DNA of 64,000 bases, taken from contig CAXXKA010000006.1 of NCBI GenBank assembly GCA_963668625.2, forward strand, positions 640,001-704,000, given 5' to 3'. The notes under the pieces were generated by a model. The model saw nothing but the letters and a program-made list of their open reading frames with translations, ran no database searches and was not told where the DNA came from. The position numbers were made by a program, and so were the translations under genes. This document shows, piece after piece, positions 1 through 8,873 of this stretch (positions within the stretch are counted from its first letter, which is position 1; every line of letters starts with the position of its first letter). This DNA comes from an uncultured candidate division Zixibacteria bacterium. Its GTDB lineage: Bacteria > Zixibacteria > MSB-5A5 > UBA10806 > 4484-95.

Positions 1-2
1 AC

Positions 3-296
3 CAGGATGGCTTAGCCACGCGCTGCGGAGTGCTTTTCAATATGGTAAAGTCCGCGGATGAGGCAGCCTCGCTCAAAACAAGGTTCGATATCTTAACCGA
101 ACGTTTCATCAACAGTAAATTTGAACAATCAGACTACATCCATAACGATTCGCTTTTGGCTGAATCGGTGATTGAACAACAACCGCTATTAACGAGTGGT
201 AAAGGCAGTCCGGCGGCTTCGGATTTCTTGAGAATTGCGAGCATATTCAAGCAATCCGCACGGTTTCATACTGAAACATCAATATTAAAAAGTTAA
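3..296 (+). CDS. flhG: MinD/FlhG-like flagellar ATPase, C-terminal part (truncated by window start)
   Basis: Frame is open from the window start. FNMVKS..EA and D..L.ESV..QQPL...SPAA resemble the MinD/FlhG C-terminus. Lies directly upstream of fliA, the canonical flhF-flhG-fliA order. Confidence 0.7.
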   Translation, partial: QDGLATRCGVLFNMVKSADEAASLKTRFDILTERFINSKFEQSDYIHNDSLLAESVIEQQPLLTSGKGSPAASDFLRIASIFKQSARFHTETSILKS

Positions 297-338
297 GCCG
301 TTTAACGAGATGATAGGGAAAGGGTCGATAAAATAACA

Positions 339-1133
339 ATGAGTGGAAAACGCTTAGTTCTACAGAGGAAGTCTATGGCTAATCAAACAGTTTGGGAAAA
401 TTACAAAAAAACTATGGATCCCGTAGTTAGGGATAAGCTCCTGAAGGAATACCTTCAACTGGTTAGAAACGTAGCCAGCAGAATGGCCGCCGGTTTTCCG
501 AAATCTGTCGAGTACAACGATTTGGTAAACACCGGTGTTATCGGCTTGATCGAGGCATTCAACAATTACGATCCGGCTCGCGGCGTAAAGTTCGAAACGT
601 ATGCCGTGCCGCGTATCAGGGGAGCTATTCTCGATGAACTCAGAGCGCTGGATTGGGTTCCGCGCTCGACCAGGGCGAAATCGAGAGAGATAGACAGGGC
701 TAAAACGAAGCTCGAAAATACTCTCGGAAGATCGCCCAATAAAACGGAGCTTGCCAAGCAGCTCGATATGAATACCGATGAATTGTTGTCGGCGCTAGGT
801 GATGTTTCATCGACGATGCTTTTGTCTCTCGATGAGCTCATCTGCCGTGAGGATGATAACCGTCAAGTACCGAGAATCGAGACTGTGCAAAATCAAGCAA
901 ATGAAAACGTGTTAAATGATTTGGAAAGGTCTGAACTGCGAGCGTTTTTGATCAACTCGATCAGTTCGTTATCCGAACAGGAACGTTTGGTAGTTGCCCT
1001 TTACTATTACGAGGAACTGACTCTCAAGGAGATAGGCGAGGTCATGCTGATCTCCGAATCGAGGGTTTCCCAGATACACACCAAGTCGGTGCAACGTCTG
1101 AGAGGCTTGATCAGGGAGAAGTTCGCTCTTTAG
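339..1133 (+). CDS. fliA: RNA polymerase sigma-28 factor FliA/WhiG
   Basis: DLVNTGVIGLIEA, KFETYAVPRIRGAILDELRALDWVPRS, YYYEELTLKEIGEV..ISESRVSQIH. The true start may be ATG 375 (GAGGA upstream). Confidence 0.97.
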   Translation: MSGKRLVLQRKSMANQTVWENYKKTMDPVVRDKLLKEYLQLVRNVASRMAAGFPKSVEYNDLVNTGVIGLIEAFNNYDPARGVKFETYAVPRIRGAILDELRALDWVPRSTRAKSREIDRAKTKLENTLGRSPNKTELAKQLDMNTDELLSALGDVSSTMLLSLDELICREDDNRQVPRIETVQNQANENVLNDLERSELRAFLINSISSLSEQERLVVALYYYEELTLKEIGEVMLISESRVSQIHTKSVQRLRGLIREKFAL

Positions 1134-1171
1134 GAAGTAAGCTAACCCGAAAGGATTTGACCGGAGGTGTT

Positions 1172-1495
1172 ATGGTTAGACCGGTCGACTTGCAGGATAA
1201 CCTATCCAAAACTCAGCTTTTGGAAAAGGTTCACCAGTTACAGAAGTCCACTCCAGAAGAGTCGCAAAAACAATTCGCCCAGGAATTGCAAAAGAAAGTT
1301 GCCGAGGGTAAGGAGCGCGTAACCGATCTGCCTAAATCCGATAAGATCACTATCAATCGGGACGACAAGCGCAAGGAAGAAAAACGACAACAGGCGAAAA
1401 AAGAAAATGAAGAAGAACAGGCCGATGAGAGTTCATCGGGAACGACTAACGATTCGGATCAAAACGAAAAGAAGAAGATAGATTATATAGCGTAA
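1172..1495 (+). CDS. hypothetical flagellar-cluster protein
   Basis: GGAGG 1163-1167 precedes ATG 1172. N-terminal RPVDLQ, charged low-complexity middle, C-terminal KKIDYIA. Confidence 0.7.
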   Translation: MVRPVDLQDNLSKTQLLEKVHQLQKSTPEESQKQFAQELQKKVAEGKERVTDLPKSDKITINRDDKRKEEKRQQAKKENEEEQADESSSGTTNDSDQNEKKKIDYIA

Positions 1496-1504
1496 GGAGG
1501 AAGT

Positions 1505-1909
1505 ATGTTTTTTGAATATATATGGATTATAACGGCGATAGTAGTAGCCAACCTGGCATTATCGATTGTTATACTATCTAAAATGCACAAGCAGGAGCAA
1601 TTCCACACCAGTGAAGCTCACGCCAATCTCAAGCTGATCAACCAGTCATTGAATCGCCTTTCTGATATCGCTGAGAAGCTGGAAAATCTGGAAAAACCGG
1701 AACCGGTTATCGAAAAACAGGTGTACAGCCGCGACCGGAATAACGGACAGAATAAAGAGCAAAAAGCCCTCACAATGATAAGGCAGGGAGAGGATCCGAG
1801 GAAAATCGGCCGATTGCTTGGTATATCCAAATCAGAAATCGATCTTTTGATAGCCTCGGAAAAGCTTGGCAATACACGCTTTAGCAATTCAGCAAAAGCT
1901 CATGTTTAG
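1505..1909 (+). CDS. membrane-anchored coiled-coil protein with C-terminal HTH-like motif (DUF2802/DUF6115/SwrB-like)
   Basis: AAGGAGG RBS, N-terminal TM helix, C-terminal G.DPRKIGRLLGISKSEIDLL, position downstream of fliA. Confidence 0.65.
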   Translation: MFFEYIWIITAIVVANLALSIVILSKMHKQEQFHTSEAHANLKLINQSLNRLSDIAEKLENLEKPEPVIEKQVYSRDRNNGQNKEQKALTMIRQGEDPRKIGRLLGISKSEIDLLIASEKLGNTRFSNSAKAHV

Positions 1910-1917
1910 TATGTCTA

Positions 1918-1944
1918 TTCAGGAATAACCGGCTTTGCCGATAC
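1918..1944 (+). promoter_or_regulatory. possible sigma28 promoter for the DUF2225-PilZ operon
   Basis: Good -10 GCCGATAC (1937-1944) with a weak -35 (TTCAG) at the expected distance. Confidence 0.45.
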
Positions 1945-1977
1945 AATTAGGGAAACTATATATAGAGGGTTAGATAG

Positions 1978-3159
1978 ATGAGCAAAGCACAAGAACCATT
2001 TTTTTATACCGAGCTGGAGTGCCCGGTGTGTAAAACCGTTAACAAATTCGAGAATATCAGAAACGGCGCTTATACCGAAAGCGGACGGGACAGGGATTTC
2101 AAGCCGACTGGCAGAACATGGGTCGATCCGGCTTACCAGAAATTCGATCCCCTTTTATTTTTCATGGCAACTTGCCAGAAATGTTTTTACACCAGGGAGT
2201 TTAATAACGAATTCAAAAACTGGCAAAAAGACAGCTCGTTCAAAACCTATCGTCAAAAAAACATACAGCAAAAACACCTCTCAGACCTGGCCGATAAAAA
2301 TGGTATCATTTTATTTTTGGGCTCGAAACTCGACCAGAGTACTTTTCCATTCGAAACGGCTGTAATTAAATTATTACTCGGTATTTATGATGCTAAATTC
2401 AGCGGGCGGAAAGTCAATCTCGATATCGGAAGGTATTTCTTGAGAATCGCCTGGCTGTTCAGGGATAGAAACGGCGGAACAGGTTCGCAAATATCCCAAA
2501 ATGCCAGACTGTTCCAGGAATTAAAAGGCGCCGCCCAGGTGGCCAATCAACTCGTGCCTAATTATGATGCGAAAGTCAGTAGTATAAAAAATATGATAAA
2601 TAAAGATTTCAGTTCCGCTTTTAGCGATACCCCGGAAGCCGAGGAACATAAAAAGCAGATCGAGGAAGTTATTGCCAACATGTCCGCCTCTATCGGTCCG
2701 TTGGCGGAAGCAGGTTCCAAGCTTATCGACCTGTTCAAGAACGCCGAAAAATCTCTCACCGGCCAGGAGGCAGTGGATGAGGACAAGTTCTTCGATTACC
2801 CGGGATTTACCACATTTCTTGAAACGGCCAAAGGTAAATGGGATGAAGTCCCTGTTAACGAGGCCGAGGCGATGCAAAAAGCAGCTGAATATTATCAGAA
2901 AGCATACGAAACCGGCGGCGAAATTAGCCAGGGTATTCAGCAAGTACAAGCCGCTTACCTTATCGCAGAACTGTACCGCCGTGTAGGGCAACGCGATGAG
3001 GCCGGGCAGTATTTTAACCAGACTATTAAGATGGGCAGAGATATCGTTATGGGCAAGAAAGGCGACGCCTCGACTGTCAACTACACCAAGAATCTATTGG
3101 AGATGGCAATGGAGCAGGCGAGGTTGAACAAAAGCGAAGCCGGGGGAGAGGCAAAATGA
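1978..3159 (+). CDS. DUF2225-family protein (Zn-ribbon plus TPR-like helices) with long helical insertion
   Basis: ECPVCK...D.DFKP....Y..FDP.....CQKCFY, LRIAWLFR, A.EYYQKAYE, YLIAELYRRVG..DEA.QYF. Confidence 0.8.
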   Translation: MSKAQEPFFYTELECPVCKTVNKFENIRNGAYTESGRDRDFKPTGRTWVDPAYQKFDPLLFFMATCQKCFYTREFNNEFKNWQKDSSFKTYRQKNIQQKHLSDLADKNGIILFLGSKLDQSTFPFETAVIKLLLGIYDAKFSGRKVNLDIGRYFLRIAWLFRDRNGGTGSQISQNARLFQELKGAAQVANQLVPNYDAKVSSIKNMINKDFSSAFSDTPEAEEHKKQIEEVIANMSASIGPLAEAGSKLIDLFKNAEKSLTGQEAVDEDKFFDYPGFTTFLETAKGKWDEVPVNEAEAMQKAAEYYQKAYETGGEISQGIQQVQAAYLIAELYRRVGQRDEAGQYFNQTIKMGRDIVMGKKGDASTVNYTKNLLEMAMEQARLNKSEAGGEAK

Positions 3160-3926
3160 ACAAAGCGAAATCGAAACAAACACCTAAAAGTATGTTAAGG
3201 CTATGGGAAAGATTGGAAATCGAATATTCCAATCAGGATCAAGTCACTGAATATGTGTCTCGTATCGAGGATTTCGATAAAAACCTGCTGGTTATAGAAA
3301 AACCCGTCCGCCTATCAGGAAACAAGCAGCTTAACTCCGGTGATCGTATTGATGTAACTTTCAATCGTGATGACGCCGCCTACAGATTCGAGGCGCTTAT
3401 CGTATCTATCGATGCTAATCGCGAGGACATAATGACGATTAAAGCCGTCTCGGGAATCAATCGTTCCCAACGGCGGCGGTTCGTAAGAATCGATATTGCC
3501 GGAGAGGTGGCTTTCAAGGTGGTCAGGATGACCGCCGACAGCGAACCGGAATTGAGCCTGAATCTAAAAGGCGAGCTATTGAATATATCTGCAGGCGGCA
3601 TACTTCTAAACACGGATGCCTCTTTAAAGCGTGATAATTTAGTACTTCTGAATTTTTGGCTTAAAAACAGCCAACGATTGGAGAACGTTCTCGGCGTGGT
3701 CAAACGTCACGAACAGGCTACGGATGACGAGAACGAACGGGTGGAATATTTAACCGGTATAGAGTTTCTTACCAAGGATCAAGCCGCGAGCAAGCTGGCC
3801 CTGGATATCAATGAAGTTCTGCCGTCATCCGTTAATTTCTTCGATGAAGCTCTTCAGCAGGCTATTGTCCAGTTCGTATACAGGCAGCAGGTTGAGAGCA
3901 GAAAGCATGTAAAAGTAAAATCATGA
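3156..3926 (+). CDS. YcgR/MotI-like flagellar brake protein, PilZ domain
   Basis: QRRRFVRI (RxxxR) and NISAGG (D/NxSxxG) c-di-GMP motifs, with a YcgR-like N-domain. ATGA overlap with the upstream gene. Confidence 0.9.
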   Translation: MNKAKSKQTPKSMLRLWERLEIEYSNQDQVTEYVSRIEDFDKNLLVIEKPVRLSGNKQLNSGDRIDVTFNRDDAAYRFEALIVSIDANREDIMTIKAVSGINRSQRRRFVRIDIAGEVAFKVVRMTADSEPELSLNLKGELLNISAGGILLNTDASLKRDNLVLLNFWLKNSQRLENVLGVVKRHEQATDDENERVEYLTGIEFLTKDQAASKLALDINEVLPSSVNFFDEALQQAIVQFVYRQQVESRKHVKVKS

Positions 3927-4522
3927 GAATTTTGCTGATCCTGACGCTCGGAATAGTGTATTCACTATTCGGTACGGCGTCAGCAGGGGACATCTCTATA
4001 CACTCAGATGATTCATCGCTTGTTGATATCACCGCGTTATTCTCAGAATCAGAAATTCCGGTCGAGCCTCTCGGCAGGATTGCCGAATTTTTCTATCGTG
4101 ATTTCGAATTAAGATCGAGCCAAAAACCATATAATGTAGCGCTTATTATGAACGAATCCGATGACACCGCCCACAATAACAGCGGCCGATATATCGTAAA
4201 ATTCGATATATTGCAGAGTGGCTGGAAAGTCAATCTCGCGTTTCATATTCCGATGTTTATTTTCGTATATACTAAAAATTATGAGATTGTAGCGCAGGTT
4301 AAACTATATGACCGCAAGAGCGCCGACCCGGAAATGATAAAAAAGTATAATGTCTCGAACGAGGGGGCGCGGGTACTGCAATTTATCGATAACGATCCGA
4401 ATGTTGGCGGACTCATGATACCTTACACCGCTCAACAGGTCTTGGAACTCGAAACCGAGAAACTACTGGCCGAGAAATTATCGAAAGATATTCACGATAA
4501 AATAAAGAAGCGTGGGGGCTGA
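3923..4522 (+). CDS. hypothetical exported protein
   Basis: Signal peptide MRILLILTLGIVYSLFGTASA. ATGA overlap with the PilZ gene. Confidence 0.7.
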   Translation: MRILLILTLGIVYSLFGTASAGDISIHSDDSSLVDITALFSESEIPVEPLGRIAEFFYRDFELRSSQKPYNVALIMNESDDTAHNNSGRYIVKFDILQSGWKVNLAFHIPMFIFVYTKNYEIVAQVKLYDRKSADPEMIKKYNVSNEGARVLQFIDNDPNVGGLMIPYTAQQVLELETEKLLAEKLSKDIHDKIKKRGG

Positions 4523-4529
4523 TAAAAAA

Positions 4530-4952
4530 ATGTACAGGAAAGCACAACCTGCAAAATCTCTAATAATGAAGAAAGTGCTGATTGTCGAGCCCGATCGTTT
4601 GACGAGAATCGTACTCTCGAAGATATTATCGAACTACCTGAGTTGCGAGGTCAACATCGCCTCGAACAAACACGAGGGTGAGAGCTTTATCAGGTCGGTA
4701 GCCTACGACCTGTACGTGCTCGGTATGTCGAAAAATATCGAGGATGATTTGGATATTATCCGCCAGATACGCGATATCGATGAACGTGTACAGATAGTGG
4801 CGGTAACAGGTGATAGCTTCGATGACGATATCGAGCTTATCAAAGGAGTAGGGATCGACAAAATAGTGTACAAACCGCTAAAGCTCACGCCATTCTTAGA
4901 GATTGTGGCAGGTGCGTTCATCGAGAGCGAGCGCGTGTTTAACTATGCATGA
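4530..4952 (+). CDS. atypical (pseudo)receiver-domain protein
   Basis: Receiver fold (KVLIVE, VAVTG, YKP), but Gly at the phospho-Asp position (DLYVLG). Start uncertain (4512/4530/4566). Confidence 0.8.
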   Translation: MYRKAQPAKSLIMKKVLIVEPDRLTRIVLSKILSNYLSCEVNIASNKHEGESFIRSVAYDLYVLGMSKNIEDDLDIIRQIRDIDERVQIVAVTGDSFDDDIELIKGVGIDKIVYKPLKLTPFLEIVAGAFIESERVFNYA

Positions 4953-4977
4953 TATATCTACAACCAAGGAGGGTTAG

Positions 4978-5847
4978 GTGCCGCGAAAAAAGCAAGTTGG
5001 CACAAAATGTCAGTTAGAAAAAGAACTGGCTCTTTTGTACGAAATTAGTTCTCTGGTTCAGCTATCCCCATCCAATCAGGAGACATTCGTGAAAATCCTG
5101 GAATTGATAGGAGAGGTGATAGATTTCAGGTCGGCCTCTTTATACCTGGTCTCGCTCGAAACCGGGAGACTTCACGAGGCGGCTAAAATCGGTCGCAGTG
5201 TAGAACTTATCAGTTTCGTTCAATTCGAGATGGGTATGGGATTTTCCGCATGGGTGGCTAAAGAAAAGCGGCCGGTGGTATTAAACAATCTTCGGAAAAA
5301 TCATGGCGGCGCGAATGTCAGGTCATTTATGTCCGTTCCGATGGTGTTCAAGGATGAACTGATCGGAGTTATCAATTTCGCGCATGAGGAAACCAACTCA
5401 TTCAGTGAGCGTGATATGCAGATCGTTGGCATTATAGCCGCGGAAACCGCCGTTACGATCGAGCGCATGATTTACGAACATCACCTCGAAAAGAAAAACA
5501 ACGAGCTTTTGGTGATAAACGAGAAGCTCAAACACACGCAGGCAAAACTCGTGGATTTGGAGAAAAAGCAGACTGCCGCAGAGATGGCGGCGACGCTTAA
5601 TCATGAAATAAATAATCCGCTGGCGATTATCGCGGGCAATGCGCAGTTTTTACTCATGACCATGAAAAGTTCTAATCCATCGATAATTAAACGGCTCAAA
5701 GCGATAGATAAAGAGGCATCCGTGATCGCTCAGATTACTGAAAAATTCAGGCAACTGGATTCGTTGGTAACCGAGGATTACGTGAAAGGCGATTCGCGGA
5801 GAGTTATAAATCTTAGTAAATCGGTCAAGGCTGGTGAGATGTGCTAG
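4978..5847 (+). CDS. GAF + HisKA (DHp) protein lacking HATPase domain
   Basis: GAF (G.GFSAWVA, SFMSVPM...ELIGVINF, FSERDMQIV), coiled coil, H-box LNHEINNPL. Protein ends about 80 aa after the His. GTG start with AGGAGG. Confidence 0.85.
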   Translation: MPRKKQVGTKCQLEKELALLYEISSLVQLSPSNQETFVKILELIGEVIDFRSASLYLVSLETGRLHEAAKIGRSVELISFVQFEMGMGFSAWVAKEKRPVVLNNLRKNHGGANVRSFMSVPMVFKDELIGVINFAHEETNSFSERDMQIVGIIAAETAVTIERMIYEHHLEKKNNELLVINEKLKHTQAKLVDLEKKQTAAEMAATLNHEINNPLAIIAGNAQFLLMTMKSSNPSIIKRLKAIDKEASVIAQITEKFRQLDSLVTEDYVKGDSRRVINLSKSVKAGEMC

Positions 5848-7547
5848 ATGGGGTCTTTGAAAAGACATTCGATGAAAAGGAACTCCGGGAACTGGTCAGA
5901 GCCGATATCGCCGGATACCTGATGCTCGATTCGACCGGCCGGCCGAAATATAGCGGCGGCAGACTTGGGGATGATCCGGTATGGATCGACAAACTCAAGA
6001 ATTCGCTGCCTATGTTGCTGAGGCATGGCCAGGATGGTGAAACCGGAGGAACTTTTTACACGAATTCCGGTTTGCCTTTCTACGCCGAAAACATTGATGG
6101 CAAACACACAATTTTCATCGAAAAACTTCCCAATAGTAATGATATAATTTGTTTGGCATTCGATTTGAAAACGCCGCTGCAGGATTTGTATAACTATAAG
6201 TCCGAACTGGTAATTCTTTCACTTATCAGCCAGGCGGTCAGGGCGTTCAACCAGGCAGAAAATTTGGAGACGATTCTAAAGCTGGTGCTAATCGGCGTTA
6301 CCGCCGGTGGAGGACTTGGATTTAACCGGGCTTTCATTCTTCTTACCTGCGATGAGCAATGTTGTTTGAAAGGCGCATTGGCCAACGGGCCGTCCTCACC
6401 CGAAGAAGCACATCAGATATGGGACAAGCTTTCCAGCGGCGAGATTAGCCTGGAAACCATGTTCAACGAGGTGCTGAAAAAGAAATTCGATCAGGAGGAG
6501 CCACTAAACGATTTATTGGCCAATATCGTAATCTCGCTCACGGATAAAGATAATATTTTCGCCAAGGCGGCGCTGGAAAAGAAATCTATGCTAATCGATG
6601 AGGAAACTCTGGCCTCCGAACCCAATGCCGAGCTTCATACCATGATCGGTCCCGGTCCATTGGCGGTCGTACCGCTTATCGGTCAGAACTATCTTCAGGG
6701 CGTATTGATCGCCGATAATTTTATCACGCGCAAGGAAATCACCGAGAGCGATCTTCGCCTGTTGGAGATTTTCGCAAGATACGCCAGCGATTCGATAAAG
6801 AATTTCCGCCTGTACGAGAACCTAGAGAAAAAGATTAGCGACCTGGAAGTGGCAAACCAAACAATCATAAAAAGCCGTGAAAACGTTATCAAAGCCGAGA
6901 GACTCACGGTTCTGGCGAACATGGCCGGCGATGTCGCTCACGAGATCAGGAATCCCCTTACAATTATAGGCGGATTTACGAAAAACATGTTGAAATCCAT
7001 GCATGAGGAAGAGAAAAATTTCGAGTACCTTAATATTATAATCGAACAGGTTGAAAGAATAAGCCAGTCGCTGGAAAAATTCACAAGCCTGATGAACTAT
7101 GAGATATCGAATGATAAAGTATGCGATCTCCAGGATCTGGTAAGTTCGGCGGTGGATATCGGAATGACAGGTTCGAAAATCCCCGCAATCGAGATAATCG
7201 GAGATCACCAGGTAAAAGTAAAAACCGATCCGGATTTATTCAGGCAGGCATTGGTAATAATATTGAAATATGTAAACATGATCAATGATAAGCGTGTAAA
7301 AGTAAATTTGATTATTTCAAATAAAAACGACAGAGCGTTAATATATTTCGACTCTGATGGTTTTAAAGGAAAATTTGCCGAAAATATATACAGGAGTTTC
7401 TATTTGGGGGGCGGGCACGAACGATTGGAACAGCTTTCGACGACCCTGGAGATACTAAAATATTACCGGGGGAATATCGGCCTGGAGGCTGCGGAAGGCT
7501 ATGAAAAGCGGTTCTATTTAGAACTGCCTGTGTTTAAGGAGGAATAA
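5841..7547 (+). CDS. GAF sensor histidine-kinase-like protein with degenerate HATPase domain
   Basis: GVTAGGGLGFNRAF-type GAF and H-box VAHEIRNPL. The C-terminal region lacks recognisable N, DxGxG and GxGL boxes. Confidence 0.85.
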   Translation: MLDGVFEKTFDEKELRELVRADIAGYLMLDSTGRPKYSGGRLGDDPVWIDKLKNSLPMLLRHGQDGETGGTFYTNSGLPFYAENIDGKHTIFIEKLPNSNDIICLAFDLKTPLQDLYNYKSELVILSLISQAVRAFNQAENLETILKLVLIGVTAGGGLGFNRAFILLTCDEQCCLKGALANGPSSPEEAHQIWDKLSSGEISLETMFNEVLKKKFDQEEPLNDLLANIVISLTDKDNIFAKAALEKKSMLIDEETLASEPNAELHTMIGPGPLAVVPLIGQNYLQGVLIADNFITRKEITESDLRLLEIFARYASDSIKNFRLYENLEKKISDLEVANQTIIKSRENVIKAERLTVLANMAGDVAHEIRNPLTIIGGFTKNMLKSMHEEEKNFEYLNIIIEQVERISQSLEKFTSLMNYEISNDKVCDLQDLVSSAVDIGMTGSKIPAIEIIGDHQVKVKTDPDLFRQALVIILKYVNMINDKRVKVNLIISNKNDRALIYFDSDGFKGKFAENIYRSFYLGGGHERLEQLSTTLEILKYYRGNIGLEAAEGYEKRFYLELPVFKEE

Positions 7548-7903
7548 TGAGCACCATATTAATTGTGGATGACGAACCCGCAATCAGGAAGCTCTACGAG
7601 AAAGAGTTCGGCGAGGATGGCTTTAACGTACTTCTGGCCGGCTCCGGTGATGAGGCATTGTTACGAGTTAATGAACCGAATGATATCGATCTGGTAATTC
7701 TGGATATCAAAATGGAGGGGAAGGATGGCCTGCAGGTTCTGGATGTTCTGAGAAATCAGAAAAACGGCGTACCGGTCATCTTAAATTCGGCTTATTCCAC
7801 TTACAAGAACGATTTCACATCATGGCTGGCGGATGCTTATCTGGTAAAATCCCATGACCTGACCGAGCTGAAAACCAAAGTGCAAGAATTGTTGATGGTT
7901 TGA
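7547..7903 (+). CDS. single-domain response regulator
   Basis: ILIVDDE, DLVILDIKM, NSAY, ADAYLVKS. Confidence 0.93.
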   Translation: MSTILIVDDEPAIRKLYEKEFGEDGFNVLLAGSGDEALLRVNEPNDIDLVILDIKMEGKDGLQVLDVLRNQKNGVPVILNSAYSTYKNDFTSWLADAYLVKSHDLTELKTKVQELLMV

Positions 7904-7904
7904 G

Positions 7905-8264
7905 ATGAACAAAAACAGACGAAATTTAGTGGATCATATAGAGTCAATCTCCGAGCAGATTCAGATTCTGGCTTTGAATATCGCTGTAGCGGCGGCTAAG
8001 ATGTCTTTCAATAAAAAGCTCGAACCGAACGTAAACAGCAAATTAAGTCAACTGGTAAACGAGGCAACCCTGGCGGTGAAAAATATGAGCATGGTGGTGA
8101 AGGCGGCGAAATCGGAAAAACCGAAATACGATATCCTTCACGAAAACCAGGGCAAGCTGGATACGGATACGATCGAGGGGATCGAAACCTCATTGCAGAC
8201 AATCCTCGATGATAGCCAGAAAATCATGAATATGCTGAATGAGGTGAAACAGAAGTCTATTTAA
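7905..8264 (+). CDS. small soluble protein resembling the chemoreceptor (MCP) signalling hairpin
   Basis: IESISEQIQILALNIAVAAAK aligns with the MCP consensus I..[18 protein letters not shown]. Tightly coupled in the operon. Confidence 0.65.
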   Translation: MNKNRRNLVDHIESISEQIQILALNIAVAAAKMSFNKKLEPNVNSKLSQLVNEATLAVKNMSMVVKAAKSEKPKYDILHENQGKLDTDTIEGIETSLQTILDDSQKIMNMLNEVKQKSI

Positions 8265-8274
8265 CGGGGGCAAA

Positions 8275-8673
8275 GTGCAGTATCGGGTATTAATAGTTGA
8301 TGATGAAATCGATGTCCTGAATGTATTAGAGGAGATGCTGGAAAAGCTCGGTTTTAATGCTGTGGCGGTTACCAGCGGCGTCAGGGCCATCGAATTGATC
8401 AAAAGCAGTCAATTCGACCTTGTTATAACCGATCTGGTAATGCCGGATAAAAACGGTATTGATATCATAAATGAAATTAACTCAAGCAGCAATCCTGTCC
8501 ATGTATTAATCACGGCCGGTGTCGATTTGCCTGATTTGGATATGGAAATACCAGGTATCGATAAGTACTCATTTATTAAAAAACCTTTCACGCTAGATGA
8601 TATAAAAACTAAACTATCGGCCTTCTGGGCTGATAGAAAAATCATGGTGAAGCAAGAGGTAAGAGAAAGATAG
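8275..8673 (+). CDS. single-domain response regulator
   Basis: VLIVDDE, DLVITDLVMPDKNG, ITA, IKKPF. GTG start. Confidence 0.92.
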   Translation: MQYRVLIVDDEIDVLNVLEEMLEKLGFNAVAVTSGVRAIELIKSSQFDLVITDLVMPDKNGIDIINEINSSSNPVHVLITAGVDLPDLDMEIPGIDKYSFIKKPFTLDDIKTKLSAFWADRKIMVKQEVRER

Positions 8674-8747
8674 GAATCATGTTAAAGAAATGGATAAATG
8701 TATCTTTTCATTTGTAATCAAGTAAACAAATGATAATAACTTTTATC

Positions 8748-8774
8748 TAAATATTGCAAAAATAAGATCGATAA
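8748..8774 (+). promoter_or_regulatory. sigma28 promoter
   Basis: TAAA-N15-ATCGATAA upstream of the response regulator and fapA. Confidence 0.55.
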
Positions 8775-8873
8775 AATTATTGTAGATAAAATTTGCATTA
8801 AAAGCGAAAGTTATGAAATGTCCGCACTGGCAGCGGCATTAAAAAAGCCCCCTTACAAATTTGGAGTAATAAG

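Noticed and set aside
302-331. sigma28 promoter upstream of fliA (GTCGATAA)
   Set aside because: No TAAA-like -35 at 15-nt spacing.
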